Origin: Elsinoe ampelina
Lineage: Eukaryota
Reading direction: 5' to 3'
DNA length: 64,000 nt
NCBI GenBank assembly: GCA_010093995.1
Contig: ML992516.1
Location: 185,413 to 249,412, forward strand
The position numbers and the translations under genes are program-made. Positions within the stretch are counted from its first letter, which is position 1. Every line of letters starts with the position of its first letter. Shown here one piece after another: positions 48,495-62,090 of this stretch. Under the pieces are notes generated by a model that was not told the DNA's origin, did no database searches, and saw only the letters and a list, made by a program, of their open reading frames with translations.

Positions 48495-50950
48495 ATGTCA
48501 GAAGGTCGCAAGTCCCGTTCTTGGAGCCGAACCAGGTCAATCGACAGTGACGGCGAGAGACCAAAACGCAAGTCCAAGGATTTGAGGAGGTCTGTCGATT
48601 ATGGCAGACTCAGCAGACGTAGCGAAGATGCGTCGATTCAGCGATTTGTCCTTACAGATCCGATAGCATTTCGGTAAGTATGTCTACACAAGCATCTCCA
48701 ACCATTTCTGATGAAAGCAGATACCTGGAAGACGATTCTTCTGTAATAGTCCTGGAATACAAACGTGAGATATCTGGGTACCAGAGCTATGTCGTCGAAC
48801 AGTGGGCCACCTCAAGAACACATCCCACTTTCACCATCACGACCTACACAGGAGACTCATCGGATCGGATTATCGCCAGTGTGCTCGGTATTCCTAAGGA
48901 CGAGACTACCTGGTCACGAAAGCTCAAAGTCTATGTTAGAGCTCTTAATCACTTCCATGCTCGACGTCGAGATACTCCGGATGGTATCATTATGGTCACC
49001 AGTCTACCCGGTTTTCCTTCGTCTCTCACAGTCATCCATGTCCCGGACGGCGATGTTAGCAAACACTATGCTGACTTCTTTGTGAACGAGGACTTGAAGC
49101 GGCTTGGCTGTTCAGGTCGTGTAGGTCTGACGCTCGCATATCCAAACAATGCCACGATCGCAAAATATCACCAGCTCTACCGGACATCCGAGCGAATTGC
49201 ACTGTACAGCTCGGTCATTGAACTTGTCAGAATGTGTCAAATGGCCCTGCATATGTTTGACCTTCTAGAGAACGATTTTGTGGACGGACTGCTATGCGAT
49301 GTGACTGAGAAGGCTATTGTTCAATGGTGGACGAAATTCGGTTCCGAGGTGTATAGTATCGAGCCGCACGATGGAATACTCGGACCTTCAACCGTAGCGG
49401 GACTCTTAGGTCTCTATTGCGGTGCTAGGAACCGGCTCCACGCGCTGGCAGCTTCTGTCCCCAAGGATGCATTCGATATTGAGCACATGAAACGAGCAGT
49501 CTATCATTTTCAGAAAGCACAGAAGCTCCAAAGGACTCGACGGCTGGATGACAAGACCTTGTTCAAATTGCATGCCCTGACGGAAAAGGCTGCCAACGCT
49601 GAAGGTTGGCGAATCCCGAGAGCAGTAAAGACGACAGTGGCGGAGCTTTCAGGCAGAGGGGAGGAGATGGTACAGGAAGGTACTGGGCGGAAAACTAAAG
49701 TGGGGATTGCCGATGTCGAGACTACCGATATCGAATCATTCGAGCAGTTGGTCTCAGGAGAGCGCTGCAAATGGCTTTGGCAGGGCAAAGCGCTCAAGCG
49801 GACCAACACTGCTGCGCTGGGTGAAGCGTCTCTCGATGGCCTCGTAGCGAAGAGCACTGCGATCCCTGTGGACGAATCGCAAGAGAAGAAGAAACGATAT
49901 TCGGAAGGCGACCAAATAAGAGCCCTTGAGGAGGCTCTTGGTTTCAAAGCAATCAGAACCAGTCTGGAGGAAAGTAAACCAATCCGTCGCCATCACACTC
50001 ACCGGGATGGAGCGACAAAGCGGGCTCAAGGTGTATTCGATGAGGGACGAGCAAGCATAGATCGTCTGCGCGGAGCCGTCACAGTTCACAAGCGTCCGTT
50101 GGGATCTGAGCGAACCGAAGCACCACTTGTGTCCCCAATTCGACCGACTCATTCGAGTGAGCCTTCGAAGCGACCTGTGCCACTCAGATCACATACTTCT
50201 CCAGTCAGTAGTCCGCGGAAGATATCGCCGCTTGCATCATCCCCTGGACAGAACAGTGAGAAGTCACCTGTGAGGACGCCATTGGGCCGCAACATGACCA
50301 GCATCGAAGAGAGGCGGACTTCATTCACAGAACAAGAAATACCAACCAGTCTGCGCAGGACATGCTCCGAAGATCTGTCATCTGCGAAGAGACACTGGAT
50401 GGAAGATCATTCGCATATTGTACAGCGACGTCTGAGCTTCAGTATCGCCGAAGGAAGCATGTATCTTTCCGAAGAGCACTCTCCCACTCTTACAAAAGGC
50501 GATGACCTTGAGCAGCAATTCATCCAGCAACGGTATCTGTCACAGAAGTTGAAGGTACTCCGGGAAGCCATAGCCCGCCTCTCCAAGAAAGAAGCGAAAT
50601 GGACGAACATTCAAATTGACGCCTTAGGATCACATCTCCGACAGGCGAACGAAGACCAGGATGTGCTGCGAGAATATTATGACTCTCCAGCACAGGCCGC
50701 CCAGAACCTGCGAGACATGGCAACGGCTGTGCTCCGAGATGAACAGGAGATGCTTAGCGAAGGAAAACGCGAGCTGGAGACATTGGCGGCCAAGTTGGAT
50801 TACGAGATAGCGAATTTGAGAGGCAAGATTGAAGACGTCGAATTGAACGTTGACGATTTTGAGCGAGCGGTGATGGTGGCTGAGCAGCGGGTGGACGAGG
50901 TGGAACGGGAGATTGAAGGCAAGGCGGGATGGAGCTGTGTCGTCTCTTGA
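48495..50950 (+). CDS. Sin3-binding STB2/STB6 family protein
   Basis: FVLTDPIAFR|YLEDD (intron 48674-48720), GYQSYVVEQW, NEDLKRLGCSGR, DGLLCDVTE, EPHDGILGPST; C-terminal coiled coil ending CVVS. Confidence 0.85.
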
Positions 50951-52047
50951 TCTTTGTCAATTGTGATACCATGTTCTATTAATTGTAATGAGAATCGCGC
51001 CGTCATTCGGCATCTTTGAGTGCACGAGGATTATTGGTAGGCACGTGAAAGACCCTGGTCGTGATCCTGCACGATGCTGATCTGGCCGATGACCATGCCT
51101 GATTTTACAAATTACTTGCATGTATATCTGCAGTACTTCTATAGCTGATCTATTCTGATATGACTACGTAAGCTGCCTTCTGAGCCTTACAGGTTGCTGC
51201 ATTGCATACTGCTGATGTTGACGTATCGATTTTGCCTTGTTTTGTGAGCAGAACCCCGATCACAGCCTCACCCTTGGCTGAAGGACTGCAGGTGCTTGGA
51301 AGCTCTAGGGTGACGATCTTTGGCTGGCGAATCCGCTGCACATTGTTTCTGCATGTATCCCGGCAGCTGCAGCCTCAGGCGAAGAGACATCTGAGGAGCA
51401 CATGCTCGCAGGATGCACAAGCTGAAATTGAGACGGGTGAACCTTGAGGGTCAAAAGAGGCTTTCGAAACAGACGGGTTGATCCCCTGTCAACCTCGTCC
51501 TGCGGCCCTTTTGTGCCCTGTCAAGGTTCAACTGTCCGAGTCCCCACCAAAGGACCAGGACTCGCCAAGCCTTGTCGCGCAAGACCGAAGACCTTTGCCC
51601 ATCAATCACACAAACGAGTCTCGCATCTCTTGCAACCTTGAACCACCCGGCCCAGCCTACGACTACGTCGACACCTCACCACTTCGAAACCTACACTCCC
51701 CTTTGTCTCTCAATAAACCTCACGCTATCCGTCCAGCCGACCACCCACTCAATCTCAGCTCGACTCACCCTGCAGTCCGGACCCTTACTTTCCTTCTTCA
51801 CCCGGTTACATCACCTCCCCCCTCCGCCCCGACCTTTGTTGCACAAAAAAAGGCCGCTCTGTCTCAGGCGGCCCTCCCCTCCACCAAAACGTCAGGACAC
51901 AAGAAACGCGTCTCCTTGCTGGGAGGCAGCCCGACTTCACATCACGACTACTACCCGATAGAGCGGGAGATTGCGCCGGGAGGGTATCATGACCGGAACG
52001 GCATACTGCCTGCGACGACCCCGACGACTCAGGTGAAGCGAAAGAAG

Positions 52048-53194
52048 ATGTATTGGCCCAATTCGACGTGGACGTGGAGTTTGTTCCTGGTGGTGATAGG
52101 GCAGGCGGTGATTGGACTTGCGCTGGAAGGGTAGGATGCGTCTCTCGTCAGTGTTGGGGAGAAGTGCTGACGGTGTGTAGATTTGTGTTCAGCAGGTTTA
52201 TTCAGGCATTACGAGGAGGACCACACACCCCGGAAGTCCGGTCGATCGACACCTTCCTCTCGCTGTTCATTTTTGGTTTCTTGTACGAGGTGTATTTGAC
52301 GTGGGATGCGCTCAAGAACAAGAACACAATTCAGGTCATAGGGTTGTGTGCGTATAATGTTGGGTTGATCATCTACGCTGCAATTCAGGTCAATCAGATT
52401 GAGGACTCGATCATCACACTGGCTTCGAACGGCACGGCGATTACGGCGGATCTGTGGCCGATCCTTCGGCCATTCCTGGTTGCGATACCGTGTGTGACGG
52501 CTCTGGGTACTGTCTTGATCTGTATAGTGGCGTGGAAGCTATACGATGAGTTCTCTTGGTCCATTTACAAGAATATCTCGGCAGATGTGGCCATGCGGAG
52601 ACGGTATCTCGTCTATCTGGTATGTTATGTGTTATAGAACTGGTTGGGTCATGCTTCTAATACTCTCAGATCTACATTACCCTCCTCAAGTTCGACTTTT
52701 TCTTCTTCATCTCCTTCACCGTCCAATTCACAGTCGTAGTACTGGAAACTCGAGATATCGAATTCGCGCTCACAATCGCCGCGCTCCCCATCATCATCAT
52801 TGTTCTTTTCCTGGCCGCATTCTGGGCAAGAAAAGAGTCGGCACCAGGCATGATCGTCGTCATGGTCATGTACCTGGGAGCCATGGCATACTTCCTATTC
52901 AAACTAGTCCGAATGTACGACGTAAGCAGTCCAGCAGCCCAGGCGCGAGTAGATACGTACATCCCCTCGCGGAGAAGTTTGACGACATTCGCCGTTGTCA
53001 CCTTACTTCTGCTGGTAGCAACCATCTTCAACGCAATGTGGTGCACGCTCAACTTTGGCAAAGGTCTAAAGCCACATCTGGAACGGAGAAAGTTGCAGAA
53101 CGTGGAGGACAAGGTGTACCCTTATGAAACCAATGTGCCATACAACGGCGCAGTCCCTCTCGGACAAGTCACGACACGTATGACGATTGATTAG
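52048..53194 (+). CDS. UPF0658-type multipass (Golgi) membrane protein
   Basis: DALKNKNTIQVIGL, KLYDEFSWSIYKNISAD, LLKFDFFFF, NFGKGLK, RMTID*. Introns 52131-52180 and 52620-52669. Start may lie further upstream. Confidence 0.8.
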
Positions 53195-53861
53195 AGTCGA
53201 TTCTGCAGGCAGCGACAATTGATTTCTGGGTCTCTATGAATGATGTATCTAGGAGGCGTTTCATCTCAGTCGAGGATTGAGATAAGGACATCGACTTCTT
53301 GGGGGGATACCACCACATTTTGGTTCTTCTATTCACGGCCTACCTTTGGATTGATGGGAGTATAGATAGCTCTTATCTCTCAATGACCACAACCTCTTAT
53401 TTCAAGCTGTTGAACAACCAGACCGCGACTCAGGTACAGTGAAGCCACAATTTGTTAGGGCTCGATCATCAGGGTTGAATACTCGCAATCATGTCCGAAG
53501 TTCGAGCCATATATTTTGACAGGTCCCGCGGGATCTGTACACGGAGAAATAATCAAGAACGAATCGAAGAGCATGCATCCCGCCAGATCACTTCTGATTC
53601 GACCCTAGCGCCTTCATTCCAATCGACCATTTGCACCGCCACAGCCATCACGGACCGGCGTCACCCTGCATCACTGCATCACTTTGCGGCGCTCCAACCA
53701 GGCCATGTGAAACTTGATTCCACAGCTTGGACAACGCAGAGCAACATCCCACCTGACTAACGCCGCTTACTTAGTCTATTGTGTGGACGCCTGGAATTTA
53801 TTCCCAGTCGACATGCGCTTTTTGATGTTCGACCAGTGCTCCAGTTGAGCAGTCGAATATC

Positions 53862-56800
53862 ATGCCTCCGAACGAGAAAGAAGCCGCCGCGACTGCGAGT
53901 GCAGATGGCGGGGCAGCTCCTGGTGTTTTTGAGTCTGTCGTAGCGCAGGCTGCGAATGCCATAGCTGCTGGCAACCAGGCGGATGGGCAGGATGGTAGAG
54001 GGTATATTAATTGGTACAAGCTCTCCAATTATGGGTTTACTGACACAATCACAGCTCAGATCCAGCACCTCCCACTCGAGGCCCCGCGCAAGTCGAGGAT
54101 AGCGCCCACGATCCACCACCGGCTTATGGAGAAGAGCTGTTCCAGATAATCAATGACGACCGCAACCTAGGAGTGGACACACAGGCGAAGATCACAGAAG
54201 ATGGACGTGTCAATATCAACATCAATCAGAGATCGAGGAGGCTCTCCACTATCCTCACGCCGGCCCTTCATGCTCAGTTGGAGACTACACCATCCGAGGC
54301 CGAACCCTTGCCGCCGCCTTACATCCCTCCCTCGCTGGGAGGTGAAGAAGGTCAGACACCGCCGCCACCTATGAACGTCGTCATCCACGTCGTCGGATCA
54401 AGAGGAGATGTACAACCTTTTGTCGCTCTAGGAAAGGTGCTGAAGGAAACATACGGCCACAGAGTCCGACTAGCGACCCATCCCACCTTCCACGATTTTG
54501 TCCTTGAGAATGGCCTGGAATTCTTCAGCATAGGTGGCGACCCTGCCGAGCTAATGGCATTCATGGTCAAGAATCCCGGACTCATGCCTGGCTTCGACGT
54601 GCTTAGATCAGGAGATGTAGGCAAGCGGAGAAAGGAGATTGCGACTATGATCAAAGGCTGCTGGAGGAGTTGTATCGAGACTGGCGACGGGACTGGTGTT
54701 GAGGTCACGGACGACACCGTGGAGGACTGGATGAATAGCACGACTGCGAGCTCACATTCGACCGATCCAAGAGACAACATCAATCGTCCGTTCATTGCTG
54801 ATGCGATCATTGCCAATCCGCCGAGTTTCGCGCATATTCACTGTGCTGAGAAATTGGGGTGTCCGCTGCATGTCATGTTCACGTATGTCGAGCTCGAAAT
54901 GGGTATTGGACAACTGCTAATGAGGTCGTAGTATGCCTTACTCTCCGACACAAGCATTTCCTCATCCGCTTGCGAATATTCAGAGCTCAAACGCCGATAC
55001 AAGCATCACCAACTACATGTCTTACGGTCTGGTCGAGATGATGACCTGGCAGGGTCTGGGAGATGTTGTCAATCGCTTCCGACAGAACTCGTTGGGTCTT
55101 GATCCTATCAGCATGATATGGGCGCCAGGAATGCTCGCACGGCTGAAGGTGCCACATACTTACTGCTGGTCTCCTGCACTGATTCCCAAACCAAAGGACT
55201 GGAAGAGACATATCTCGATATCTGGTTTCTACTTCTTGTCACTCGCATCAAATTACCATCCCGATGCAGAGCTGGACGCTTTCCTAAAAGCTGGACCGCC
55301 GCCGGTTTATATAGGCTTTGGCTCAATCGTGGTCGATGACCCGAACGCCATGACCAAGATGATATTCGAGGCCATTCAGAAAACTGGTCAACGAGCACTC
55401 GTTTCGAAGGGCTGGGGCGGTATCGGTGCAGATCAGCTTGGCATACCAGAAGGCGTCATGATGCTTGGAAACGTACCACACGACTGGCTCTTTCAGAAGG
55501 TCTCGGCGGTGGTTCATCACGGTGGCGCTGGAACGACGGCAGCTGGGATTACATCTGGCAAGCCAACGGTCATTGTGCCATTCTTCGGGGATCAACCATT
55601 CTGGGGAGCAATGGTGGCCAAAGCTGGAGCTGGACCGGATCCGATTGCATACAAGGATCTCAATGCGGATAAGCTGGCTGAACAGATCAATATTGCTTTG
55701 AAGCCAGAAACACTGGACCGAGCGAAAGAATTAGCTGCCAGCATCGCTCATGAAAATGGGTGTCAGACCGGAGCACAGAGCTTCCATCAGCAGATGGAGG
55801 TCGATACTGTCAGATGCACACTTGCGCCCAGTCGAATCGCGGTTTGGCGACTGAAGAGGACAAAGGTCAGACTCAGTGCGCTTGCAGCGACTGTGCTAGG
55901 TAACGAAGGCTTGCTCGATTTCAAGGATCTTAAGTTGTTCCGCGCCAAAGAATACGAGCCGGATACTGGCCCAGTCGAACCGATCTCTGGCGGTGCGAGC
56001 GCGCTCGTTGGCACTGCGAGTGGTGTCCTGATGGGCTTCGCTGACTTCCCTGTGGAGGCAATGAAGGCTCTGCATGTTCACCCGGCCACAGCGAAGAAAA
56101 GCAAGGGCAAAGGGAAGGAGCAGGATAAGAACAAGGATAAGATGACCAGTACGGACGACTCTTCAATTCATACCGTCGATGGTCCTCATAGTTCGAGTGG
56201 CACAAACACGCCTCGCATGTCCACTGAGAACGTATCTCTCACCGATACTCGCTCTTCTGATGCAGCATCAATGCGATCGCAAGAGTCTCTCGTGTCTCCA
56301 ATCTCGACACAGACGTCGCAATCACAGTTCAACCTCAACGAGAGTCTTGCTGCTCTACAATCGCCTACAGCGGAGTCCCCTGGTGGGGACCAGTCATCTC
56401 GCGGCAACTCCATGCGTATGGCTCTGCGGGACCAGCTTTCCTCCGAATTCGTCCGCCGCACATCCGAGCAATCACAGTCACCGACACGCTCCCGTAGCCG
56501 ACGACGCTCACAATCTCCTTTCAGGCGGAGCGATACGTCATCCTCTAACCCAGTGGACACTGCGATTGGTACTTCGAAGGGGGTCGGTCGCATCCTGGAG
56601 TCCTCATTCCGCTCACCCATGGATTTTTCGCACGCTCTTGCACGTGGTTTCCACAATGCTCCACGACTGTATGGCGATGATACAGTCCGGAAGCAGGATA
56701 AGATCACAGATTTCAAATCAGGTGTGCGCGCAGCTGGTAAGGAATTCGGGTTTGGTATGTATGACGGCATTACGGGCATAATCACTCAGCCGCTCCAAGG

Positions 56801-58034
56801 TGCGAAGAAGGAAGGTGCGGTTGGATTTATCAAGGGCATCGGCAAAGGCATTGGAGGCATAGTCCTCAAGCCGCAAGCCGCAGCCTTTGGTATTCCAGGG
56901 TACATGATGAAGGGTGTGTACAAAGAGCTGCAAAGTACTTGGGGATCCAGTGTGCAGAACTACATCATCGCTGCGCGGACTGCACAAGGTTTTGAGGACT
57001 GGCACGGTAGTACCCACGAAGAGAGGAGTGATATTGTCCAACGCTGGGCCGTGTTGCAAGAGACGATCAAGAAGAAGAAGAACATCGACGAAGTGGTGGT
57101 TGAGTGGGGCAAAGAGCAGAAAGTCAAATCCGATAAGCGACGACTGGAAAGGAGGAGAAAGATCAAGGAGTGCCTCGACACGACCGACTTCCGTGGTTTG
57201 ATGGGCAAGCAGAAGAACATTGGACGCATCGAGGCCGGACCTGCGCATGAACCGCGCCGAAGCGAGAGCATATCTTACCAGTCCGAAACGCCTAGCGATG
57301 TTGATGTTCTTACGCCTGCGAGCTCATTCGATGAATCACGAGAACTGGGACATGTACCGTTGCAGCACCGCTCGACCACTGAGACGGTCCGCGAGAGCCA
57401 TGTCGAGGTTGAAGACGAAGACCTCGAACTCGCGATCCAGAGATCAATCCAAGAAGCTTCCTCAGGCGACAGGGAAGAAGACGAACTGCTCGAGCGAGCG
57501 ATCAGAGAGTCAGTCCGTCAGCTAGAGGAACGACCCGAGCACGACGACGACGAGGAAAGCCGAGCCATCGAGGCCGCAATGCAAGCTTCCCTCCGCGAAG
57601 CCGAACGTCTCCAACGACGAGGCCACCAAGGAGAATACGGCGGCTTCGGCACCCTGACCAGTGAAAGCAAAGGTCGCATCGAAGACGGCCGCTCCGGCGC
57701 CGGTCCAAGCAGCGCCGACACCAATCAGGAAACCGGCGTGATCAACCCCTCGGAACAACCACCTGGGTACGAAGCCGCGACCGCGACAGGCAGTGGGTCA
57801 GGTGAAGCAGCGGGGGAAGGAGAGAGCGAAGACGATGAGCAGCGCCTCGCGGACGCGATCAGGCAGAGTCTCCAGGATCATGAGCTGAAGGAGCGCGAGA
57901 GGACGGAGGAGGAGATTGTGATGGAGTATGTAAAGAAGCAGAGTTTGTTGGAAGAGCAGCATAGGAAGAAGATGAGTGGGGAGGGGAGGGGGAGGGATGT
58001 GGAGGCTGGAGAGGGGGGAAGTGGAGGGTCGTAG
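53862..58034 (+). CDS. Sterol 3-beta-glucosyltransferase-like GT1 with ATG_C-like segment and UIM-like repeats
   Basis: VGSRGDVQPF, GHRVRLATH, IIANPPSFAHIHCAE, YIGFGSIV, HHGGAGT, PFFGDQPFW. Intron 54883-54931 and a likely intron starting near 54014. Confidence 0.9.
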
Positions 58035-58658
58035 GTAGGGAGGGGAGGAGATGTGGGGAGGAAGGGAGAGTGAGTGGTTAGATAGATACCCAGATGTCTA
58101 ATGTGAACATATATGAAACCACAGACACACCGAACATCATGAAACTTGAACAAGTATGCTCTGTGAAGTAAAAGCGGAATGGTCCCGTTGGAACGCAGAT
58201 GTGACGACACAAGATCAAGTTTGGGTCCACAAGCAGGGATGACAGCCACACCTACGCCACTATAAATTCGAGGTCAATTGTGGCGTCACATCTTGATATC
58301 GACACTACATCGCATACGAGAATAAAGCATTTTCATGAGAATCATGGCAGCTTAATGACCTTCTCCTTCCATCGGCTTCATACCGACACCGTAAATCCGT
58401 ACTGGAACAGCCACAAACTGCACTTCTCGGCCGTCACATCGACCCATCATCCTGGATCTCGGTCACTGTAGTGCGACTCCTCTGCACCTGAAAGGTACAG
58501 GATTGATCAACCTCTTCCACACTCTTCAGGGTCACACCCTCACAGGCCTCCCCCGTCCCTGCTTCACCCTCACAATCCCTACCTTCACCCACTCCCACCC
58601 TCTCTCGCCCCCTCTCGTCCCACACCGTCCCTCCCCAAACACACCGGCCCCCCCAAAA

Positions 58659-59462
58659 ATGGACTTCATCCTCGGCCTCGGCATCTCCCTCCCCGTCGTC
58701 ATGGGGAGCGGCATCGCCGTCGTGACCGGCGTAGCAGAAGGCGTCTCACACCAACGAAAAATCAACGAAGAAGCCTCGTCCGAAACGCGCCAATTGAAAT
58801 TCCACATCGACGTCACCGCCTCCCTACCTTGCTCCACCTCCCCGTCCGCGCGGGCCCGCTCCCGCTCCTCCTCCCGCGTCGCCGCCGTCACGGGCTCCAT
58901 GGTGGTTTTGCACGGCGATAGATTGTGGCTCGAACCCATGGACCCCGCGACCAGGCAGCCGGGGCGGGGACATCCGTTCACGGGGTTTTATATCCCTTAC
59001 CCTGACGAGGAGAGGGGGGGAGTCAGGGGGTTGGTGAGCACGATCAGTCGCGATCCGCCCATGTTGAATTGGGTGTATGTGGAGAGGGAGACGTTGAGGG
59101 TCAAGTACAGTAATCGGACGGGGAGTATTCGGCATCATGTGGGGCCGTGGGATTGGACTGAGGAGAGTGGGCCGGAGAGTTGTGTGACGTTTGATGGGTG
59201 GGAGGGGTTTGTTGCGGTGGAGGAGGAGGGGGAGGAGGGGGAGGGGAAGAGGTGGGGGTTGTATTTTGATTTGGAGGATGATGGGTTGAAGAAGCAGAAG
59301 GGGGGGAGGAGGAGTGTGGAGGTTAGTTTGTTTAGGAGGGTTATTAGTGAGCAGGAGGTGAATAAGTGGGGGCTAGGGGCGAGTGGGAATTTGGGGGTCA
59401 AGAAGACGGAGCATTCGGTAAAGGGGAAGGATATGATGGAGAAGGATGAGGATGGGGGATGA
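58659..59462 (+). CDS. Conserved fungal hypothetical protein
   Basis: GVAEGVSHQR, HPFTGFYIPYP, GLVSTISRDPPMLNWVYV, GPWDW, WEGFVAVEE, LYFDLEDDGL look like conserved blocks; no function recognised. Confidence 0.7.
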   Translation: MDFILGLGISLPVVMGSGIAVVTGVAEGVSHQRKINEEASSETRQLKFHIDVTASLPCSTSPSARARSRSSSRVAAVTGSMVVLHGDRLWLEPMDPATRQPGRGHPFTGFYIPYPDEERGGVRGLVSTISRDPPMLNWVYVERETLRVKYSNRTGSIRHHVGPWDWTEESGPESCVTFDGWEGFVAVEEEGEEGEGKRWGLYFDLEDDGLKKQKGGRRSVEVSLFRRVISEQEVNKWGLGASGNLGVKKTEHSVKGKDMMEKDEDGG

Positions 59463-59602
59463 GCTGGGGCCTAATCGAGTTGATGTTGCGTTCTGGGACT
59501 GATTGAATCTGCTACGATGATACTGTACAGGTATGACAGTCTGCGGCTACGACATGTTTCCTTTCACTACAGCTTCGCCACCTTCTGCCACAACCCGGCT
59601 AG

Positions 59603-60206
59603 TCAGTAGTTTCCCTGCTCACGCAGATGCGACTGGTGCTTATCGATCTTGCCCCAGATCTCTGGATCAGTATCGACCTTCTTGTCGTCGGGGATAACCG
59701 CCTTGCCATACTTGCGGCTCTCAGCACCGGCTCCCTGTGGCAGTAGCTCGTCGTAGCGGCGCAGGTCCATAGGGTCGACGATCAGGGGGATGAAGTAGTC
59801 GTTGAATCTCGACCAGTAAGGGTTCTCGAGGTGATATTTGGTGGCCTAGAAGGGATTAGCAAGAGCATAAGGGAAGCTTTGATTGAATGACGATCCAGAC
59901 GATCAAATGGTGTGGCCAGAGCGATTTGATGAGTATAGGAGCGAGCTATGTAGGTAGTAGAGGTACTCACATCTTTGCTGTCGTAGCGCTCAACCACAGT
60001 GAAATTCCTCGGTTTGCCCTCTTCCTGCATGACAAACCTGCGGAGCCATTAGTACAACTGTGTCAGTAGTGACGATACATTTCATACCAGTCAATGGTAC
60101 CCTTGTCACGGTTGTAGACCAGGGCAGCTTCTACAAGCTTTGCATGCAGCTTGGGAATAGCATCATCGTCTTTGGCTGTAACGTGGACGACAAGAGTGTA
60201 GACCAT
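59603..60206 (-). CDS. ABM / dimeric alpha-beta barrel protein
   Basis: MVYTLVVH...KLVEAALVYNRDKGTIDW|FVMQ...FTVVERY...|YHLENPYW..F...MDLRRYDE. Introns 60038-60087 and 59846-59970. Confidence 0.8.
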
Positions 60207-60502
60207 GGTTGTGATTGCTCAACTGATGTGATACACAGATGTCGAGTTGAAAGGGGACAAATCACAATGTCGATGATGCTTTAATGGTTGAACAAGGTGT
60301 GGTCGGTCATTTGGGGAACCGTTTGCCCTACATTTGGTAATGAGGGGCAGACGCGGGGGCACTCCCCCGTCGCTTGAGGACGCCCCCCAATGGTTGCTTT
60401 TGATCACGGTCATTTATGCATGGCTTGCATAAGCTGCCTCAGAACCGCTGAATCACATGCACGCTGGTTGTGGGTATCTTCGAGATTTGATGTTGATTGT
60501 CC

Positions 60503-62090
60503 TCACCGCTTCGATTTTGACGCTTTCGACTTGGCCACGAACCCTACCAAGTTCTCGATCACGCCTTCAAACGCTTCCTTGTCCCCCAATGCAGAATCTT
60601 TCCGATGTAGCCAGTATTCCAGCACTTGGTTGGCTTCTGTGATGATGTTCTCGAGCTTCCCGACATGACCCTTGAGTTCGACATCGGAGAGATTCGTCAA
60701 AGCTGCAACCGTGGTCTTGCTGATGAGAGATGCTGCGTTCGTGTCAAATGTCGGCGGAGGTGGAGGTCCTGATCGCTCTGGTGGTCCTTTCTTCCTTCGC
60801 TCTCTCTTTGGCTCTCCCGTCTTTGAGTCAGTCGTCACTATTGATGTTGATGATGCGTTGTTCTGCATCGTGCGTGCCAATTGATTCGAGCCTCGTGGTG
60901 TTTCTCCATTGAGATGTATCGATGGTAGTATAAGCTTCTTCTGTTTCGAAGCCGGAAGTATCTCGTCGAGGTCAACGGGTACACCTAACGAGACGAGGAA
61001 TAATCTCCGTATCCGTGATTTGATCCAGTTAGGAGGTTGGAGAGGTGGAGGCGCTACTAGTTGTGACCAGAGCGCTGAACTCCGGTCCGTGAGTAGCGGC
61101 TCTGGTGCATTGAATTCGGTAGGTATTGTAAGGTCGTCAGTTATATCGGGAAACAGTTCTCGCAAGTAAGGTGATATCGCATCCTCTATCTCCTTGGTCG
61201 AGTCTAATGAAAGTAGATCAAGAGAGGGCTAGGTGGTATCAGTATTGCCCAAATTGTGACGGCAACGATACTTACAAGATCTGCCAGCGGATTCTGCAAT
61301 ACTGGCTGATGCTCTTGTGGTTGTGGTGTTGCTTCTTCCGTTTCTCCAAAGTCGCCAAAGTCGTCCCCTTCCACTTCCTCCCCATCCTCAAAATCGTCAA
61401 AGTCGTCTCCAAACCCGTCATCATCCTCCACCTGATCGTCCTCATCATCACCATCATCGTTTCCATCAGGAGGTCGATCGACATCCACCGTTACTTCCTC
61501 CGACCGCTCTTCGTCGGCGATACGTTCGGAATCAGATCTGTGTTCGGTTGGTTCACCTTCCGCTGTCAAAGAATGACCTGATGGGTCAGACTGGGTAGCT
61601 TACCTTCCAGGTTCATTCGTGCCTTGATTGGTGATGTGAGGACCTCATCCGGCTCTGCGTCTGCTCGTCTCTTTTCGTATGCCTCTGTGCCAGGCACTTC
61701 CCCATAACTTGGATTCTCGGGCTCCACTTTCTCCACGATCGTCTTTGGAATCATTGTGCCTCCGGGTGTCAAAGGTCGGTCTGACTCTGAAAGTCTGGAA
61801 GCACTCCTACTACGGGTGCCTTCCGGAACAACCTCTATCTCGTCCGGTACCGCGTCTTGTGCCCTCATCTTGTATGCTGCCGTGCCCGGGACTTCGCCGT
61901 ATGCCGGTGTGTCGTCCACTCGCTCTACTCTCATGACTGGTACAGGTGATGTTGCTGAACGTGGACGGCCAGTCTTCTGCTCCCCTTCTGAAGCATCGGA
62001 GAAGTGATCATCTGAGGACTCTCCCAGCTCGTGAGCTCCTGGGTCGAGCTTCTCATGCTGCTTGTTTCCTGGTGGTGCCAATCCTGACAT
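60503..62090 (-). CDS. DUF5102 / Laa2-like protein with FGDF motifs (putative AP-1 accessory)
   Basis: Three ORFs joined by introns 61563-61603 and 61229-61275. YGEVPGT repeat x2, FGDDFDDF/DDFGDF, LWSQLVAPPPLQPPNWIKSRIRRLFLVSLGVPVDLDEILP. Confidence 0.75.
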
